IMG/VR virus record: IMGVR_UViG_3300045988_000121
Coordinates: 1-5,851 of that record
Direction: 5' to 3' (one strand)
DNA length: 5,851 nucleotides
Origin: a virus
In this document: piece by piece, positions 4,802 to 5,851 of the stretch
Layout of the letters: every line of letters begins with the position of its first letter
Position numbering within the stretch: position 1 is the stretch's first letter
Position numbers and translations under genes: made by a program
Notes under the pieces: model-generated
The model's input: the letters and a program-made list of their open reading frames with translations, nothing else
Database searches by the model: none
What the model was told of the DNA's origin: nothing

Positions 4802-5029
4802 ATGATTGCAAAGTCATGGAACATCAGAGACCAGACTGAAAAAGACTTAACAGAACTGCTGAAAAAAAAATACGCTGAAATCGAGAGCGATTACAAGCTT
4901 CTCCGAAAAATAAGCAACGTGGAAACCGCAAAAAAAATGATAGACGAAATCTGGCAATGCAAAAGCTTTGCCAACGCCATCGAACTTGAACTAATCAGAA
5001 GGGGGTACTACAATGGCACGGCATCGTAA
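4802..5029 (+). CDS. Hypothetical 75-aa helical protein
   Basis: ATG 4802 has SD AAGGAG (4787-4792, 9-nt spacing). The protein is charged and helical-looking, and I recognise no motif. Confidence 0.5.
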   Translation: MIAKSWNIRDQTEKDLTELLKKKYAEIESDYKLLRKISNVETAKKMIDEIWQCKSFANAIELELIRRGYYNGTAS

Positions 5030-5135
5030 AGTCATGCGCGGTGCAAAAGACAAGCGCATGTTTAACGTAACGGCGCGAAAAACCAAAAGCATCAACCTGA
5101 GCCAGAAACCAATGCGCGGCGGTATTCGGCTCTAA
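5013..5135 (+). CDS. Small arginine/lysine-rich DNA-binding protein (gokushovirus ORF8-like, functional analogue of phiX174 J), 40 aa
   Basis: This ORF is not in the track because it is too short. ATG 5013 has SD GAAGGGGGT (4998-5006). The translation is MARHRKVMRGAKDKRMFNVTARKTKSINLSQKPMRGGIRL. The MARxR start and the C-terminal PMRGGIRL match the pattern I recall for Chlamydia-phage-type ORF8 peptides (...MRGGIRF). It overlaps the 3' end of the 75-aa ORF by 17 nt. Confidence 0.75.
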   Translation: MARHRKVMRGAKDKRMFNVTARKTKSINLSQKPMRGGIRL

Positions 5136-5152
5136 GAGAAAGGAGAAAAACA

Positions 5153-5392
5153 ATGGAACATCTGTACTATGGCATCTGGGATAACGTAGCAAAATGCTAC
5201 GCATGGGTCGGTGAAAACAAAAACGACAACACTTTCCAGCGAATGTGCAACATCATGGAAAAAGATAAAAGCACGTTCATCGGGCAGTCCCCAACCGATT
5301 ACGTGGGTCACAGGCTGGCAAAGTTTGAAGACGAAACCGGTACGTTCGAGAACGACAAAGAAAAAGTCTGGGAGGGCAAGCCACATGAATAA
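5153..5392 (+). CDS. VP5: Nonstructural protein VP5 (gokushovirus ORF5-like, 79 aa)
   Basis: SD AAGGAG (5140-5145) lies upstream. The pattern YGIWDNVAKCY...NDNTFQR...DYVGHRLAKFEDETGTFEN fits the VP5 family consensus as I recall it (F/Y-x-I/V-x-D-x-K/V-A ... R-x-F ... L-x-x-G/K-F-D/E-D-x-T-G). Its position just upstream of VP3 is typical. Confidence 0.65.
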   Translation: MEHLYYGIWDNVAKCYAWVGENKNDNTFQRMCNIMEKDKSTFIGQSPTDYVGHRLAKFEDETGTFENDKEKVWEGKPHE

Positions 5393-5795
5393 AAGGTATG
5401 AAGAAGGGCGAGAGCCCTTCTTTTCTGATTCAGGCGAAACGCAGCGTAAACAGTACGTATGGGCAAAAGACGAAGACGGGAAAGAATACCTGCAGGAAAC
5501 AGAAAGCATAGACATTCAGGCAGAAATTGAAAGCTATGCAGATGAGTGCGATATTAAAAACATCGTCCGTAAAGCATCGTTTGACCCACAGTTTATGCAG
5601 AGCCTTTCACAGGGAGCGCTGGACGGCACAGAAGTAGATATTACAGAATGGCCACAGAACATTCACGAATATCACAAAATGGTAGCAACAGCACAGGCAA
5701 ACGCACTGACACTGCAGAAAATGCAGGAAGAAGCGCCGAAGGAAGCACCGAAGGAAGCACCGAAGGAAGGAGACATGAAGAATGAACAGAAATAA
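5385..5795 (+). CDS. VP3: Internal scaffolding protein VP3 (136 aa)
   Basis: I prefer ATG 5385, which has SD GGAGG (5371-5375) and an ATGAATAA overlap with the VP5 stop. The track's start at 5211 lies inside VP5. ADECDIKNIVRK and the downstream D-x-T-E-W-P ... H-x-x-V-A-T-A-Q resemble the conserved gokushovirus VP3 core (..ECDINxIMKK.. / ..GD......A..). Confidence 0.8.
   Translation: MNKRYEEGREPFFSDSGETQRKQYVWAKDEDGKEYLQETESIDIQAEIESYADECDIKNIVRKASFDPQFMQSLSQGALDGTEVDITEWPQNIHEYHKMVATAQANALTLQKMQEEAPKEAPKEAPKEGDMKNEQK
5400..5430 (+). terminator. Hairpin with a GNRA loop plus T-rich tail, 9 nt after the VP5 stop and inside the first 40 nt of VP3. It is a candidate leaky terminator.
   Basis: AAGAAGGGC (5401-5409) pairs with GCCCTTCTT (5414-5422). 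The loop is GAGA, followed by TTCTGATT. A G5400-U5423 wobble could extend the stem. Confidence 0.45.
5729..5768 (+). repeat. In-frame 12-nt tandem repeat (3.3 copies) encoding (EAPK)3 at the VP3 C-terminus
   Basis: The copies are GAAGCGCCGAAG, GAAGCACCGAAG and GAAGCACCGAAG, then GAAG. Each unit junction creates a GAAGGAAG SD-like string upstream of the VP1 start. Confidence 0.9.
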
Positions 5796-5851
5796 CGAAC
5801 GGCACTTTCTGCAGGTTCCAGAAATGCACGCAAGCCGAACACGATTCAATC
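5782..5851 (+). CDS. VP1: 5' end of major capsid protein VP1, which continues at position 1 after the circular junction. 5816-5851 duplicates 1-36.
   Basis: ATG 5782 has SD AAGGAG (5767-5772, 9-nt spacing). It overlaps the VP3 3' end by 14 nt. The translation MNRNNERHFLQVPEMHASRTRFN is in frame with the ORF at 9..1646, and the H-F-x-Q-V-P motif is typical of the gokushovirus VP1 N-terminus. Confidence 0.85.
   Translation, partial: MNRNNERHFLQVPEMHASRTRFN
5816..5851. repeat. Terminal direct repeat (right copy), identical to 1-36
   Basis: Exact 36/36 identity with the window start. Confidence 0.95.

Noticed and set aside
4261-4870. Homopolymer A8-A9 runs (4262-4270, 4863-4871, also 3233-3240 and 4931-4938) as possible programmed slippage or frameshift sites
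   Set aside because: The genome is strongly A-rich and Lys-rich. No alternative-frame ORF of meaningful length continues from any of these runs, so ordinary composition explains them.
5033-5060. Inverted repeat CATGCGC-N14-GCGCATG inside the ORF8-like gene
   Set aside because: The stem is short, the loop is large and there is no adjoining T-tract. It probably reflects the repeated Met-Arg (ATGCGC) codon pairs of the basic peptide.
5211-5384. Upstream extension of VP3 (the track's 194-aa version starting at 5211)
   Set aside because: It overlaps most of VP5 in another frame and its Ser/Thr/Lys-rich sequence has no homology features. ATG 5385 has a GGAGG SD and the classic ATGA-type overlap with the VP5 stop.
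359-5849. All minus-strand ORFs in the track (e.g. 359-604, 641-901, 870-1217, 1675-1950, 2046-2303, 4420-4719, 5132-5515, 5607-5849)
   Set aside because: Each lies entirely antisense to a well-supported + strand gene. Their translations are Cys/Leu/Phe/Pro-rich low-complexity sequences, typical of the antisense of A/G-rich codons. None has an SD. Microviridae encode all genes on one strand.
1-5851. Search for tRNA, rRNA, CRISPR arrays, integrase or att sites, or transposon ends
   Set aside because: No cloverleaf-capable segments, no spaced repeat arrays and no recombinase-like ORFs are visible. The only long repeat is the terminal assembly overlap.

Overview
The window is one complete, circularly permuted ssDNA Microviridae genome of Gokushovirinae-like architecture. 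Bases 1-36 recur exactly at 5816-5851, so the unit length is 5815 nt. The major capsid gene VP1 crosses the junction: its real start is ATG 5782 and it ends at 1646. All credible genes are on the + strand, and almost all have strong Shine-Dalgarno sites (AAGGAG/GGAGG, 6-11 nt spacing), which suggests a host that uses SD-dependent initiation. The gene order is VP1 (capsid), VP2 (pilot/minor capsid), VP4 (HUH replication initiator), a ~370-nt noncoding region, a four-gene accessory block, an ORF8-like 40-aa arginine-rich peptide that the ORF track missed, VP5, then VP3 (internal scaffold). The noncoding region holds a terminator hairpin, two 22-nt alternating purine/pyrimidine GC tracts, an array of GTT(G/A)AAA motifs and promoter-like boxes. 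The accessory block contains a standalone LAS/M15-type zinc peptidase with an endolysin-like fold. The most interesting points are (1) a muralytic-type peptidase module with no recognisable holin or signal sequence in a microvirus, (2) the unusual Z-DNA/hairpin-prone GC tract and iteron-like array, which are candidate origin/control elements, and (3) four GC-rich hairpin plus T-tract elements placed just after upstream stop codons. Two of these lie inside the next gene, and one bridges a distant SD to the VP2 start codon. All minus-strand ORFs in the track look spurious.
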